From NCBI GenBank assembly GCA_963664115.2, contig CAXWPJ010000002.1:768001-832000 (forward strand): a DNA stretch of 64,000 bases, in the 5' to 3' direction. Positions 1 through 8,398 of this stretch are shown one piece after another. Under the pieces are notes generated by a model. The model saw only the letters and a program-made list of their open reading frames with translations, was not told the origin of the DNA and searched no databases. The translations under genes were made by a program, and so were the position numbers. This DNA comes from Terriglobia bacterium (lineage in GTDB: Bacteria; Acidobacteriota; Terriglobia; 20CM-2-55-15). Numbering within the stretch: the first letter of the stretch is position 1; every line of letters begins with the position of its first letter.

Positions 1-214
1 GATCCGGCTTTACGAGCAAGTTGCATCGAGTCAATGCATCGGAGACTGCGTTCGACGTTGGATCGTATGGATTGATAGTGATGTCCGATATCGAATGCAC
101 TATAGTGATCGAAAATGCGGGAGTGCGCGCAACCGGCTTTGCCGCGTCGCCGGATGTGGAATGCTCTCACAATGAAGAGCCGGGCCTGCGTTCACGATTT
201 TAGGAGTTGAAACA

Positions 215-1210
215 ATGCAACGAATCACAAGGAATCCATATTTGATTTTTCCTTTGGGCGCTGCTGCTTCAATGGCAGGCCTGGTGATCTTGTCTCTCCT
301 GAGAGACGATCCTCTCAGTGTCAATATTCCTTTTGTCGCCTTTCTAGCTTTGGTGCCGCTAGTGGCTGGGTGGTACTCCTTCAGCACAAGGTCACGCGCC
401 AAACGAGGCTGGTGGATACTGCATTGGCTCGGGACTACGGTTCTCGGCGTTTTGGCAGCTGGCATCGTATTGTTTGGCTCATTGATCTTGATTCCACCTG
501 GACCTTACGAGGCATACAACTACGCTCACTTTAACTTTGCGGCATATGACTCGGTATCAGGACAACGTGTGAGCGTAGGAGGGGAGGCGCTGGATGCGAC
601 TCTCTATACGCTGGAGGAAGACAATGTGAAGCTTTCCGACCTCTGGGCGGAGAGGCCGATCGTTCTGGAATTCGGAAGTCTCACCTGACCGGTTTTCTGT
701 GCAAAGGTTCCCGTGATGGAACCTCTAGTGAGAGCTTACGAAGGCAAGGCTGATTTTTACGTGTTGTATACGCGGGAGGCTCACCCCGGAGAAAACTATC
801 CAGCACACGAGAGTTTTTCCGACAAAATGAACGATGCGCGGGATCTCAAACGGTTTGAACCAGTTGAGCGGACAATTTTGGTTGACGACCTGGAAGGAAC
901 CATGCACACAGACTATGGCGCCAGGCCCAATTCTGTGTATGTGATTGGGAAGGATGGGATCATCCTGTTTCGGGCGGACTGGAACGATCCGGAGGCGGTG
1001 CAAGTCCAATTGGATCGACTCTTGCAGAACGATGGCAACGCTTCCGGTTTAGAACCGGTCGATATAACAGACGATTTTACGGGTATCGATGGTGGTGCTG
1101 TGAACACAGCTATGAGAGTCATGAAGCGTGCGGGATATACTTCGATTGTGGATTTCGCGGTCTCTTCCATGAATTTGTTTCAAGGTCGGATTGCTGCACA
1201 GCGCAATTAA
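215..1210 (+). CDS. Membrane-anchored iodothyronine deiodinase-like (thioredoxin-fold) selenoprotein, Sec at TGA 686-688
   Basis: ORFs 215-688 and 713-1210 are in the same frame. Read-through gives VLEFGSLT-U-PVFCAK...YVLYTREAHPGE, matching the deiodinase motifs FGSCTUPxF and YIxEAH. About 3 N-terminal hydrophobic helices. Confidence 0.85.
705..724 (+). promoter_or_regulatory. Candidate bacterial SECIS hairpin
   Basis: AGGTTCC-cgtgat-GGAACCT, a 7-bp stem starting 17 nt after the in-frame TGA. Confidence 0.6.
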
Positions 1211-1236
1211 CTCGCTTCACGTTGAAATCGAGTTAA
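1207..1236. terminator. Inverted repeat at the convergent junction, possible terminator
   Basis: TTAACTCG(cTTCA...TGAAat)CGAGTTAA overlaps both stop codons. Confidence 0.35.
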
Positions 1237-1364
1237 ACGGTCAGCGTCTTGATGGCAACTTCACGCCCAAGTTTAGTATCCTTCGCACGCCACACCTCTC
1301 CCATTCCTCCCTTACCGAGGAGTGTGCTGATCTCGTAATGACCGAGTTTGGTGCCGGGCTGCAT
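1233..1364 (-). pseudogene. N-terminal relic of a Ser/Thr protein kinase (43 aa)
   Basis: Translates as [43 protein letters not shown], with the Gly-rich loop and VAIK lysine. AGGAG RBS upstream. Confidence 0.85.
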
Positions 1365-1375
1365 TCGCCGTGCTC

Positions 1376-3376
1376 CTATTTAAGGACCGCGCTGACTTCG
1401 GCTTGCACGACGAGGCGGTCTGCGTCGTCCTGGAGAAGGTATCGTCCGCGCACCAATCGGGCGGCGGCTGCGGACACTTTCGCGACGTAGTTCTCGTGGC
1501 TCCCGTAGCGTTCTTCGAGCGACGGTCTCGGATCACCGACTGCGAGTCGCTCTGCCCTGGTCCTGGCGAATGGAATGTAGCCACCGGCATTGGTCCGAAT
1601 ATGGCCCTTGTAGAACCCACTGGCAGTCGTATTCCAGCCCGTGTACGTTCCCAGAGGAACCTGGTGGAGCACGCTGGCCACTCCACTGACCTCGTTCCCA
1701 TCGGCGTCGACCGTTGGCACTACTGTGGGAAGCACTTGGCGAATCGGAGGAGGCTGGATCGTGATGACTCCCGAGAGGTCGTTGTAATCGAACTGCGTTC
1801 CGAAGTCATATTCGTAAAGTGGGTTGAGAATTCCGTCCGGTATCGGCACACCTGGGATCGTTGGAAATCCAAGCGCGGCCTGTGTAGGTAACGTCAGTTC
1901 TCCTCGATCGAGTCGCGGATATTGACTCGGTGGAGGGAGCGTACCCTGCACGACCCAATCCACTAACGCAGTCTGCAACGCACGCAATGTGTCGCTGGAA
2001 GGATTCGGGTTCGGTGCCAGGTCGCAGCAGGCGTTAGGCTCTGGGTTTGGATCGAATCCGCCGGGTCCACCCCCATGCCTCACTCCCGGGAAGTAATACC
2101 GTCGGACATTCGATGGCAAGGGAATATCGCGGTCAGCCCGAGTGCCCACCAAGTTCGGAGACGCACGCAAGTTGTAGAACTCCGCCGAGCCGAACGTTTC
2201 CACGATCTTGGGACAGGTTTCCGTAGCCTCGCACCGATCGAGCAATCCCGCCGAGGCATGGCCTCGCGCTTCGTCGGCATAATTGGCCCACCAGACAACG
2301 CCATCACTCCCGGCTTCGTACATCGCAGCCGCCCCACCGGGAGCTGCGAATCGGATATTCATTGCCAGGAGGCGAGCGGCACGTTCGGGGTTGCTGCCGT
2401 CGAAAACAATTCGCCCAGCCTCGTCCTGATTGAAGCCCAGGTGAATGAAGCTTCGAAGGAAGTTCCCGGACTGCGAGTTGCCCTGGCTTACCGTCCAGTT
2501 GATCCTTCCGCGCAGAACATTCGGAGCCCCCGCATCGTCCTGGGTTCCGTAGCGCAGATAGGAATTCAGATCTCGCGTTGCAGCAAATCCGATTCCGTGG
2601 ACCTTGGGATCCTTGGCAGTGTAGACAAGCTCGTACAGAAAGGCGGGATTGAATCCGCCCTGGATACAGATCTTTCTCGGATCGGGTGTGCCTGGAAAAG
2701 GGCTCCGACTGCAATCGGCAAAGGCCCACTCTGTGCTGTATAGAGGGATGACAGCACCATGTTCTGAGGCTCGGCGGGTCAGGGTGGCTTGACCCGTATC
2801 GAGCGTGACCGGATCGGCGGTCCCCACAACCCGACCGCGAATTATTGGCAAGGTCGTCGTGTTCGGAGGCATGTCGCTGAACCTGGCGAGCACGGGCCCC
2901 GTGATACTGGATCCATCGGAGTTCCTGGCTATCGGAACAAAAAGCGTCTCCCTACCATCGGCGGGCTCGAGGTCTCCCTGCCACCCACTGGCGACAAGGA
3001 CGTGGCCTTGATTTCGAGCATCGGCGAGGAACCCACCACCGGTCAGATTGATCCGGCCGCGGTTCGGGACGAAATAGAGAAGCGCTCCACTGGCTTTCGC
3101 CATGTCGGTAGGTTTGATGATGGTGAACGTCGCCACGTATTCCACCATCCCTCGCCCGTTGCGTGGAGCAAATTCGAGATCGGTAATGATGGCGTTCAGT
3201 GGGTGCCTGGGGTCCACTTCGCCATAGGCGTGGCCTGTGAGTTTTTCGTATCCATCATCGCCTCTGAGCGTCTCCGTGTGTTCTACTACGAGCCGCGTGA
3301 TCTCAGCCGGGGTGGGATTCGCCACCGTGAGGATTGCCACAGCCACGAGCGTGGCCCTGAAGAGTCGAACCTGCAT
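1376..3376 (-). CDS. Secreted alpha/beta hydrolase domain protein (Abhydrolase_10-like)
   Basis: 666 aa, signal peptide, GNSQSG nucleophile motif, C-terminal [11 protein letters not shown]...LLQDDA typical of the family, AAGGAGG RBS. Confidence 0.8.
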   Translation of the reverse strand: MQVRLFRATLVAVAILTVANPTPAEITRLVVEHTETLRGDDGYEKLTGHAYGEVDPRHPLNAIITDLEFAPRNGRGMVEYVATFTIIKPTDMAKASGALLYFVPNRGRINLTGGGFLADARNQGHVLVASGWQGDLEPADGRETLFVPIARNSDGSSITGPVLARFSDMPPNTTTLPIIRGRVVGTADPVTLDTGQATLTRRASEHGAVIPLYSTEWAFADCSRSPFPGTPDPRKICIQGGFNPAFLYELVYTAKDPKVHGIGFAATRDLNSYLRYGTQDDAGAPNVLRGRINWTVSQGNSQSGNFLRSFIHLGFNQDEAGRIVFDGSNPERAARLLAMNIRFAAPGGAAAMYEAGSDGVVWWANYADEARGHASAGLLDRCEATETCPKIVETFGSAEFYNLRASPNLVGTRADRDIPLPSNVRRYYFPGVRHGGGPGGFDPNPEPNACCDLAPNPNPSSDTLRALQTALVDWVVQGTLPPPSQYPRLDRGELTLPTQAALGFPTIPGVPIPDGILNPLYEYDFGTQFDYNDLSGVITIQPPPIRQVLPTVVPTVDADGNEVSGVASVLHQVPLGTYTGWNTTASGFYKGHIRTNAGGYIPFARTRAERLAVGDPRPSLEERYGSHENYVAKVSAAAARLVRGRYLLQDDADRLVVQAEVSAVLK

Positions 3377-3379
3377 GCG

Positions 3380-3445
3380 TTACCTCCTTGATTTCCTGAG
3401 CGGGCCCAGGAATTCGTAGTGGCCGAGTTTGGTGCCGGAATCCAT
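3380..3445 (-). pseudogene. Kinase N-terminal relic ([11 protein letters not shown]...)
   Basis: 21-codon ORF whose first 11 codons match the other kinase starts. Its tail contains the hydrolase RBS. Confidence 0.75.
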
Positions 3446-3459
3446 GTTTAAAGTGTGTC

Positions 3460-3617
3460 GCTGAAAGGTCTCTGAAAAACTCGGTAAACGATACTAGAGG
3501 TGGGTGTTAGAGGCAATCAAAAGGTCAGGCCCTGATAAACGACATTGTCAGACATTGAAAAACCTCAGTAATTTGCCCAATTCTCAACGTCCGACAAGAT
3601 GATTTGTCAGGACTTGA
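3460..3617 (-). repeat. Kinase upstream element: two inverted 34-bp dif-like sites (3525-3558, 3584-3617) plus a promoter-like tail; homologous copy at 33154-33300
   Basis: TCA-ACGTCCGACAA-GATGAT-TTGTCAGGACT-TGA plus an inverted copy with 25/34 identity. The reverse complement aligns with 33154-33300. Confidence 0.75.
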
Positions 3618-3661
3618 CGTCGACTTTTCGTTCCAGATTCGGCGACCACACCTTTCGTTAA

Positions 3662-3695
3662 CGCGGCCGCCGTCGGGTGCAGCCACTTGTTAGGC
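3662..3695 (-). mobile_element. Truncated integron attC site (first half only)
   Basis: The minus strand just after the SRPBCC stop reads GCCTAACAAGTGGCTGCACCCGACGGCGGCCGCG (RYYYAAC core and typical attC start). No complementary second half. Confidence 0.6.
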
Positions 3696-3705
3696 GGCCC
3701 GTTCG

Positions 3706-4221
3706 TCAAGCCGCGAAGTGGTATTTGAGACATTGAGTCTCGGACTCGACCATTCCGGCCAGCATGTCAGACGCTGTTCCAGGCGCGAGCCGTACCTCAC
3801 GGGTAGCCGAAAAGGCTGTGTGCGCCCCTCCAATCCGATTCAGCTCGAGGATAGCGTCGTATTCGAGAACGCCAAGAGCCGGTTCCAGAGCGCGATAGCG
3901 AAGGCGATAACGACCTGCCCCTTCTTCCGCGGTTCGTTCGTAGATCTCCTCTTTCAGCGTGGTGCCTGCCACCTCAAACTGAAATGTTGACGGCACGTTG
4001 TCCGGTCCGCCGCTCAACCACTTGAAATCGCTTGTCAGTCCCGGCAAACCAACGGCAACGAGGCGCTCCCAGTCCCACAACAGTGCCCAGACTTCGGCTG
4101 GAGCGTTGTCGAACGTCGCTGTAGCAACGATCCTGTATTGGTCGGGCCCGGTTACAGTGGTCTCAACATTGACGGCGCCGCGTTCCGATACTGGTTCGCC
4201 CGCGTTACGCTCGTTCGCCAT
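3706..4221 (-). CDS. SRPBCC / polyketide cyclase-like protein (gene cassette ORF)
   Basis: 171 aa with the APAEVWALLWDWE motif. Bracketed by GTTAGGC (minus strand 4256-4250) and GCCTAAC. Confidence 0.7.
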   Translation of the reverse strand: MANERNAGEPVSERGAVNVETTVTGPDQYRIVATATFDNAPAEVWALLWDWERLVAVGLPGLTSDFKWLSGGPDNVPSTFQFEVAGTTLKEEIYERTAEEGAGRYRLRYRALEPALGVLEYDAILELNRIGGAHTAFSATREVRLAPGTASDMLAGMVESETQCLKYHFAA

Positions 4222-4460
4222 ACGAAAGCCTCCCCGTTCCCGTTTGTCTGCCTAACATAGTAGTAGGCTGCGGTCAGACACAGTTAACTCCCCCCGTGCC
4301 TTGCGATCTTTTAAACACGACGCCACCTGCAGCTCCAAAGCCTGTGTTGTGATTTTTCTGTGTCTTATGCTGAGGCAATGCCGCGGAAGAACTGGAATTA
4401 GGCTGCAATGCGATCACCTGGACGTATAGTCGGCTTATCGGAAAGTAGCAGTTTCAATTC

Positions 4461-4494
4461 TCAACGTCCGAGAAGATGATTTCTCAGGACTTGA
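4461..4494. repeat. 34-bp dif-like palindromic site
   Basis: TCA-ACGTCCGAGAA-GATGAT-TTCTCAGGACT-TGA, about 10 bp past a kinase C-terminal relic stop. Confidence 0.8.
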
Positions 4495-4503
4495 CCTCGC
4501 AAA

Positions 4504-4566
4504 TCAAGGCACTGGCACGCGTTCCTTCAGTTCTTCAAACCAGTTGAGGACGATGTTGATTGGACG
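4504..4566 (-). pseudogene. C-terminal relic of a kinase-propeller protein
   Basis: Translates as RPINIVLNWFEELKERVPVP*, nearly identical to the end of ORF 8399-9349. Confidence 0.85.
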
Positions 4567-4597
4567 TTCCGAAACTAAAGGGATGGTTTTTGCGAGG

Positions 4598-6112
4598 TCA
4601 GTTCACGGGGCGGGCGGGAACGTTCTGGAGTTCGGAGACACCCCGGTCGAACAGGTTCCGGATTCTGGAACTGGATCGAAACTCTCTAAGGATCGCGCCC
4701 TGCCGACCTCGGTAAGTTTCGTCGATCACATAAGCCAGAACAGTTGCCATCACCGCGCCTTCCTCGGTGTCGGTCGCATCGAAACGTCGCGCGAAACCCC
4801 GCAGAACGCCCTCGAACTCTGAGTCCTCCCACTGCTCGAGGGTCGCGTCGATCCTGACGAACTCCTCAAGGACGCCAACGTACCGGAGACTGGGCGGGTG
4901 ATGCCAGAACGAAACGTCGGGACCAAACTCCTCGACATAAAACGGAAGATAGAGGTTGGCGTTTGCGGGAACCCGGCGGATCAGCGCGGGATTGTACCGC
5001 CGCACCTCATCGACGGAGAGCCCGGTCTCCCGGGTGACTTCTTCAAGACTGATCGCCCTCGGGACACGCATGGCATAGACCGGAACCTGAGCAATCTCCG
5101 TCTTGAGGTTCTCCACGTTGAACGTGTTGCCAAACACCATCTCCGCATACAGGGAGGAGCGGGGACCGTAGGTCCGGAAGATTTCGCGATAACGGCGCAG
5201 CGAAACCCGGCGCAGTTCGACGGCGAAAGCCGCGCCCAGGAAATACTGCTCCCGGACGTCCCGGCCACCCAACCGCGAGCCGTTGATTACCGTGCGTCCG
5301 ACGTTTGCGGCCCCGGCATGATGCTCCGAAAGCGCCGGAATAAATGATCCATATTTGGTCGCCAGGGTCACCAGGTAGGCGGCACAGTACGGTGCCTGCG
5401 TTGTCTGGTTGTACCCTTCGATGACATGGGAGGCATGCCGCTTGAGCCGATTCCAGTTTCGATCGAGCCACTGGCAGAAACCCAAGGCTCTGGCCTCCGA
5501 ACGGACCTTGCCGTTCAGTCCCGATTCGAGGACGGCCTGGGCCAGACCGATCTCGGCGGGGACGGCAAAGCGTTCGTAGATAGCGCTCCACTCGTCGAGA
5601 AAAGCACCGTAGCGCCGGGCGTTTGGGAGCAAGAAGTTCCCCCGGGTAGAGTTGTGGACGACGGGTCCGACACGGGGCTCGAGAAGCGAGGCAACCAGGT
5701 CGCGGCGCCGGTTCTGGCGCGACGGCAGAGACTCGCCTTCAAGGAGGGACTCGAACGCAGGATCTTTCCAAAGGCCCTCACGAGCCCAGTTTCCCCGGGT
5801 GGGAAACGAGACCAGGAGCCTTCCGTCCACCGCGCTACCAAAAGCGACATGCCCGTCCGGGATCGTGAAGACATGCTGCCAGAACGGATAGGACGGCCGG
5901 AACGCCTCTATCGCCGTAAGATCGCTCTCCAGGCGGGCCCGGGAATACTCGTACGCCGGATGGTCAAAGCGGGGCGGGGCGGGTTCGAGACCAACAGCAG
6001 GAGCGGAAGTCTCCGCGGCCACCTCCATCAGAACCACGTCTCTATGGCCAATATGATCGGACGCCGTCAGAATGACGAGCGTGGCGAGGACGAGGATGAT
6101 GGACTGTTTCAT
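4598..6112 (-). CDS. Lytic transglycosylase (SLT/MltD-like) domain protein with a LysM-like segment
   Basis: Signal peptide MKQSIILVL; AVLESGLNGKVRSEARALGFCQW (ES...GxxQ); SLEEVTRETGLSVDEVRRYNPAL is LysM-like. Confidence 0.65.
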   Translation of the reverse strand: MKQSIILVLATLVILTASDHIGHRDVVLMEVAAETSAPAVGLEPAPPRFDHPAYEYSRARLESDLTAIEAFRPSYPFWQHVFTIPDGHVAFGSAVDGRLLVSFPTRGNWAREGLWKDPAFESLLEGESLPSRQNRRRDLVASLLEPRVGPVVHNSTRGNFLLPNARRYGAFLDEWSAIYERFAVPAEIGLAQAVLESGLNGKVRSEARALGFCQWLDRNWNRLKRHASHVIEGYNQTTQAPYCAAYLVTLATKYGSFIPALSEHHAGAANVGRTVINGSRLGGRDVREQYFLGAAFAVELRRVSLRRYREIFRTYGPRSSLYAEMVFGNTFNVENLKTEIAQVPVYAMRVPRAISLEEVTRETGLSVDEVRRYNPALIRRVPANANLYLPFYVEEFGPDVSFWHHPPSLRYVGVLEEFVRIDATLEQWEDSEFEGVLRGFARRFDATDTEEGAVMATVLAYVIDETYRGRQGAILREFRSSSRIRNLFDRGVSELQNVPARPVN

Positions 6113-6599
6113 CGAACGGCGGCACCTTGAACTCCACCATCGCCGTGGATGCGTTCCCAGCTCTTTCCCATTTTCGACCCTCGCTTCGGGGCCTGCCACA
6201 GATACAGTTGAATTAGGACACCGTTCCCGAAGTGCAGTGGGAATCGGCGGTTCCGTGGACCTCGAGAATTCTCCGACAACGGAGTATATCTGGACGCCAA
6301 ATCACACGCAACAACTGAGCGTGGCCCTCAACGTCCCGAATAGTTCATGCGGACCTATCCCCTCAGACATCTGTCAATGCGAAAGTCGAGGGAATTCTTG
6401 TTGAAACCCGGATTGGAACGGCGCCGGAATAGCGAGACAACCGGGCAGTCCGACACCTGAGCCCTAAAATGGTAACGAAAGTGTTCAGTATCCTCTCGGG
6501 CAATTCTGCTTTGCAGATGTGAGTTCTGTTTCACTTGTTACCGGAGTCTTTCAGTCTGGACGTATGGCCTTCTGTACGTTCGAGGGTGAGGTTCCACGC

Positions 6600-6635
6600 G
6601 ATCTGGCAGCGGCCGGGTTGGGCACCAGATTCCAT
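6600..6635 (-). pseudogene. Degenerate kinase N-terminal relic (MESGAQPGRCQI)
   Basis: 28/36 nt identical to the first 12 codons of the kinase start at 8278. Confidence 0.6.
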
Positions 6636-6707
6636 CATTAGTGCCTCTGCCCGCTCGTTCTGAGCTTCAGAACCAGGGCGTTCGGATCCAGTGCTGAACG
6701 GCGTTCG

Positions 6708-7514
6708 CTATGGATCCAGGCCGCCCGCAGGGTTCCGGATGGTCTGGTTGAAATCCTGCTCGTCGATCGGCGCGAAAATGACCTCGTAGATTTCGGCATA
6801 GGGCGAATCCGGCCCCTGCAGCTTGAACGTTCTCGTATCGCTCGTCCAGGGTTGCGCAAAGATACCGGGGTCGTTGAACGTCATGGTGAATTCGATGGTC
6901 TCGCTGTCCACTCGCCGCCAGCGTTCCTCGAGGCGCAAGGCGGGGCTGGCCGGCGTGCCCCACTCGTCAAGCCAGGCTCGGGAGTCCAGGCCGACGGTTT
7001 CGACCACGAACGTGTCGCCTTCCCAACGCCCAATGGAGTGTCCGTACCACCACGGATCCGGATTCTCGGGCAAATCCCGTCCGTCCGTCCAGATGATTCG
7101 CCATGTGTGATTCCACTCGAAGATTTGTACGACTTTGTCCTCGAACTGAAATGTTTCATGCGGTCTGTTGTATTCCAGCAAGCGCGCCAGACCAACGGGA
7201 TTCGCGCCTCCGAGCGGATCGTTCCCAAACGCTGGGGGTGCGCGTCTTGGCCCTTTTCCCGGCTTGTTTTCGTTGAACGCGGCCAGCCCCTGCGGCGTCC
7301 ATGGCGGTTCCTGGTTGCTCCATTCCGTCAGGCGGATCCCCTCGTCCACCAGGGCGCCGCCTCCGCCTGTTCCGAACATCCATACGCCGGTGAGGTCCTG
7401 CTTATCGAATCCTTGCTGCCCCCCCTGGGCCATGGCCCCAAGCGAAAGGAAACCCAGGGCGAACGCCAACAATATGATTAAACTGATTCCACGATTCTGC
7501 ATCTGAAACTCCAC
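6708..7514 (-). CDS. Secreted hypothetical protein (family usually paired with DUF6152)
   Basis: Signal peptide; RIIWTDGR...GHSIGRWEGDTFVVETVG motif. Confidence 0.75.
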   Translation of the reverse strand: MEFQMQNRGISLIILLAFALGFLSLGAMAQGGQQGFDKQDLTGVWMFGTGGGGALVDEGIRLTEWSNQEPPWTPQGLAAFNENKPGKGPRRAPPAFGNDPLGGANPVGLARLLEYNRPHETFQFEDKVVQIFEWNHTWRIIWTDGRDLPENPDPWWYGHSIGRWEGDTFVVETVGLDSRAWLDEWGTPASPALRLEERWRRVDSETIEFTMTFNDPGIFAQPWTSDTRTFKLQGPDSPYAEIYEVIFAPIDEQDFNQTIRNPAGGLDP

Positions 7515-7530
7515 GTTGTTGAGACCAGTC

Positions 7531-7920
7531 TTACTCGATCGGCAAGAGTTCCTCGCCGTTCACAAACACGGACTCCCGCCAGTCGATCTCCCCAATGGGC
7601 GAGCCGGCCCTAGATGGATACATGTAAAGTCTGACCTCGTCGCCCAGTTCAAAAATGTCTTGGGCATACCCCCGCCTGGCGAACATGCCCGGGCTGAGAG
7701 TCTCCGCGCCCCAATTCACCACTTTTCCATCCGCGCCGGTCACATCGAAGAAGAGCCGAGCGTGTGGATTGGCCCAAACCCACTCGGTCACGGTTCCTTC
7801 CAGCTCGATGGGATTGTCGCGGTCATAGGATATCGCCGTGCCGTGGTGCGCGAACACCGGCCCGGAAACCACAAGAAAGCCCACGAGTAAGGCAAGGCAT
7901 GTTCGGTCCGTCACTTTCAT
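7531..7920 (-). CDS. DUF6152 family protein
   Basis: Signal peptide followed by AHHG...EGTVTEWVWANPH. Confidence 0.8.
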   Translation of the reverse strand: MKVTDRTCLALLVGFLVVSGPVFAHHGTAISYDRDNPIELEGTVTEWVWANPHARLFFDVTGADGKVVNWGAETLSPGMFARRGYAQDIFELGDEVRLYMYPSRAGSPIGEIDWRESVFVNGEELLPIE

Positions 7921-8020
7921 GTGAACTCTCCTAAATAAATGCTAGTTGTAAAATAGATACTTGCCTCTTGTTGGTGAGGGACCGATACGACATCCGCGCC
8001 TCGGCCTGTGGCCGCGCGCG

Positions 8021-8048
8021 GGTTGACATAACACCCATACGACGACAT
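8021..8048 (-). other. dif-like site with a XerD-type arm
   Basis: The minus strand reads ATGTCGTCGTA-TGGGTG-TTATGTCAACC. Confidence 0.4.
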
Positions 8049-8095
8049 TGACAGCGCTGCCATAGCCGTCGGCCGCTGCTTATATCGCTTATCCG

Positions 8096-8278
8096 TAGCT
8101 TGGCTTCACGTTCAAACCACGCGAGTCGATCCGCATCCTTGGCAAACTCTTCAGGAAGCGTCTTGATGGCGACTTCGCGTCCGAGTTTCGTATCTCGCGC
8201 ACGCCACACTTCCCCCATGCCTCCTTTTCCAAGGAGCGTTGAGATCTCGTAGTGGCCGAGTTTGGTGCCGGATTCCAT
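8096..8278 (-). pseudogene. Truncated Ser/Thr kinase (first 61 codons; ORF runs on to 7931 in non-homologous sequence)
   Basis: [61 protein letters not shown] followed by an unrelated tail. Confidence 0.85.
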
Positions 8279-8355
8279 AATTACGGTCTGTCAGAACAGT
8301 GTATAGAAAGCTGGGGGCAGTCTATAGAAGGAGTGGGATAGCAGGCAATGAATTC

Positions 8356-8389
8356 TCAAGGTCCGACAAGATGATTTCTCAGGACTTGA
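8356..8389. repeat. 34-bp dif-like palindromic site
   Basis: TCA-AGGTCCGACAA-GATGAT-TTCTCAGGACT-TGA, about 10 bp past the stop at 8399. Confidence 0.8.
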
Positions 8390-8398
8390 ACTCGAACA

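Noticed and set aside
4415-4446. Additional dif-like site (TTATCGGAAAGT arm)
   Set aside because: One arm is XerC-like, but the partner arm only fits weakly and with a 7-bp spacer.
3525-8389. The 34-bp repeats as a CRISPR array
   Set aside because: Spacing is irregular (tens of bp to kb) with whole genes between copies, orientation is mixed, and there are no cas genes.
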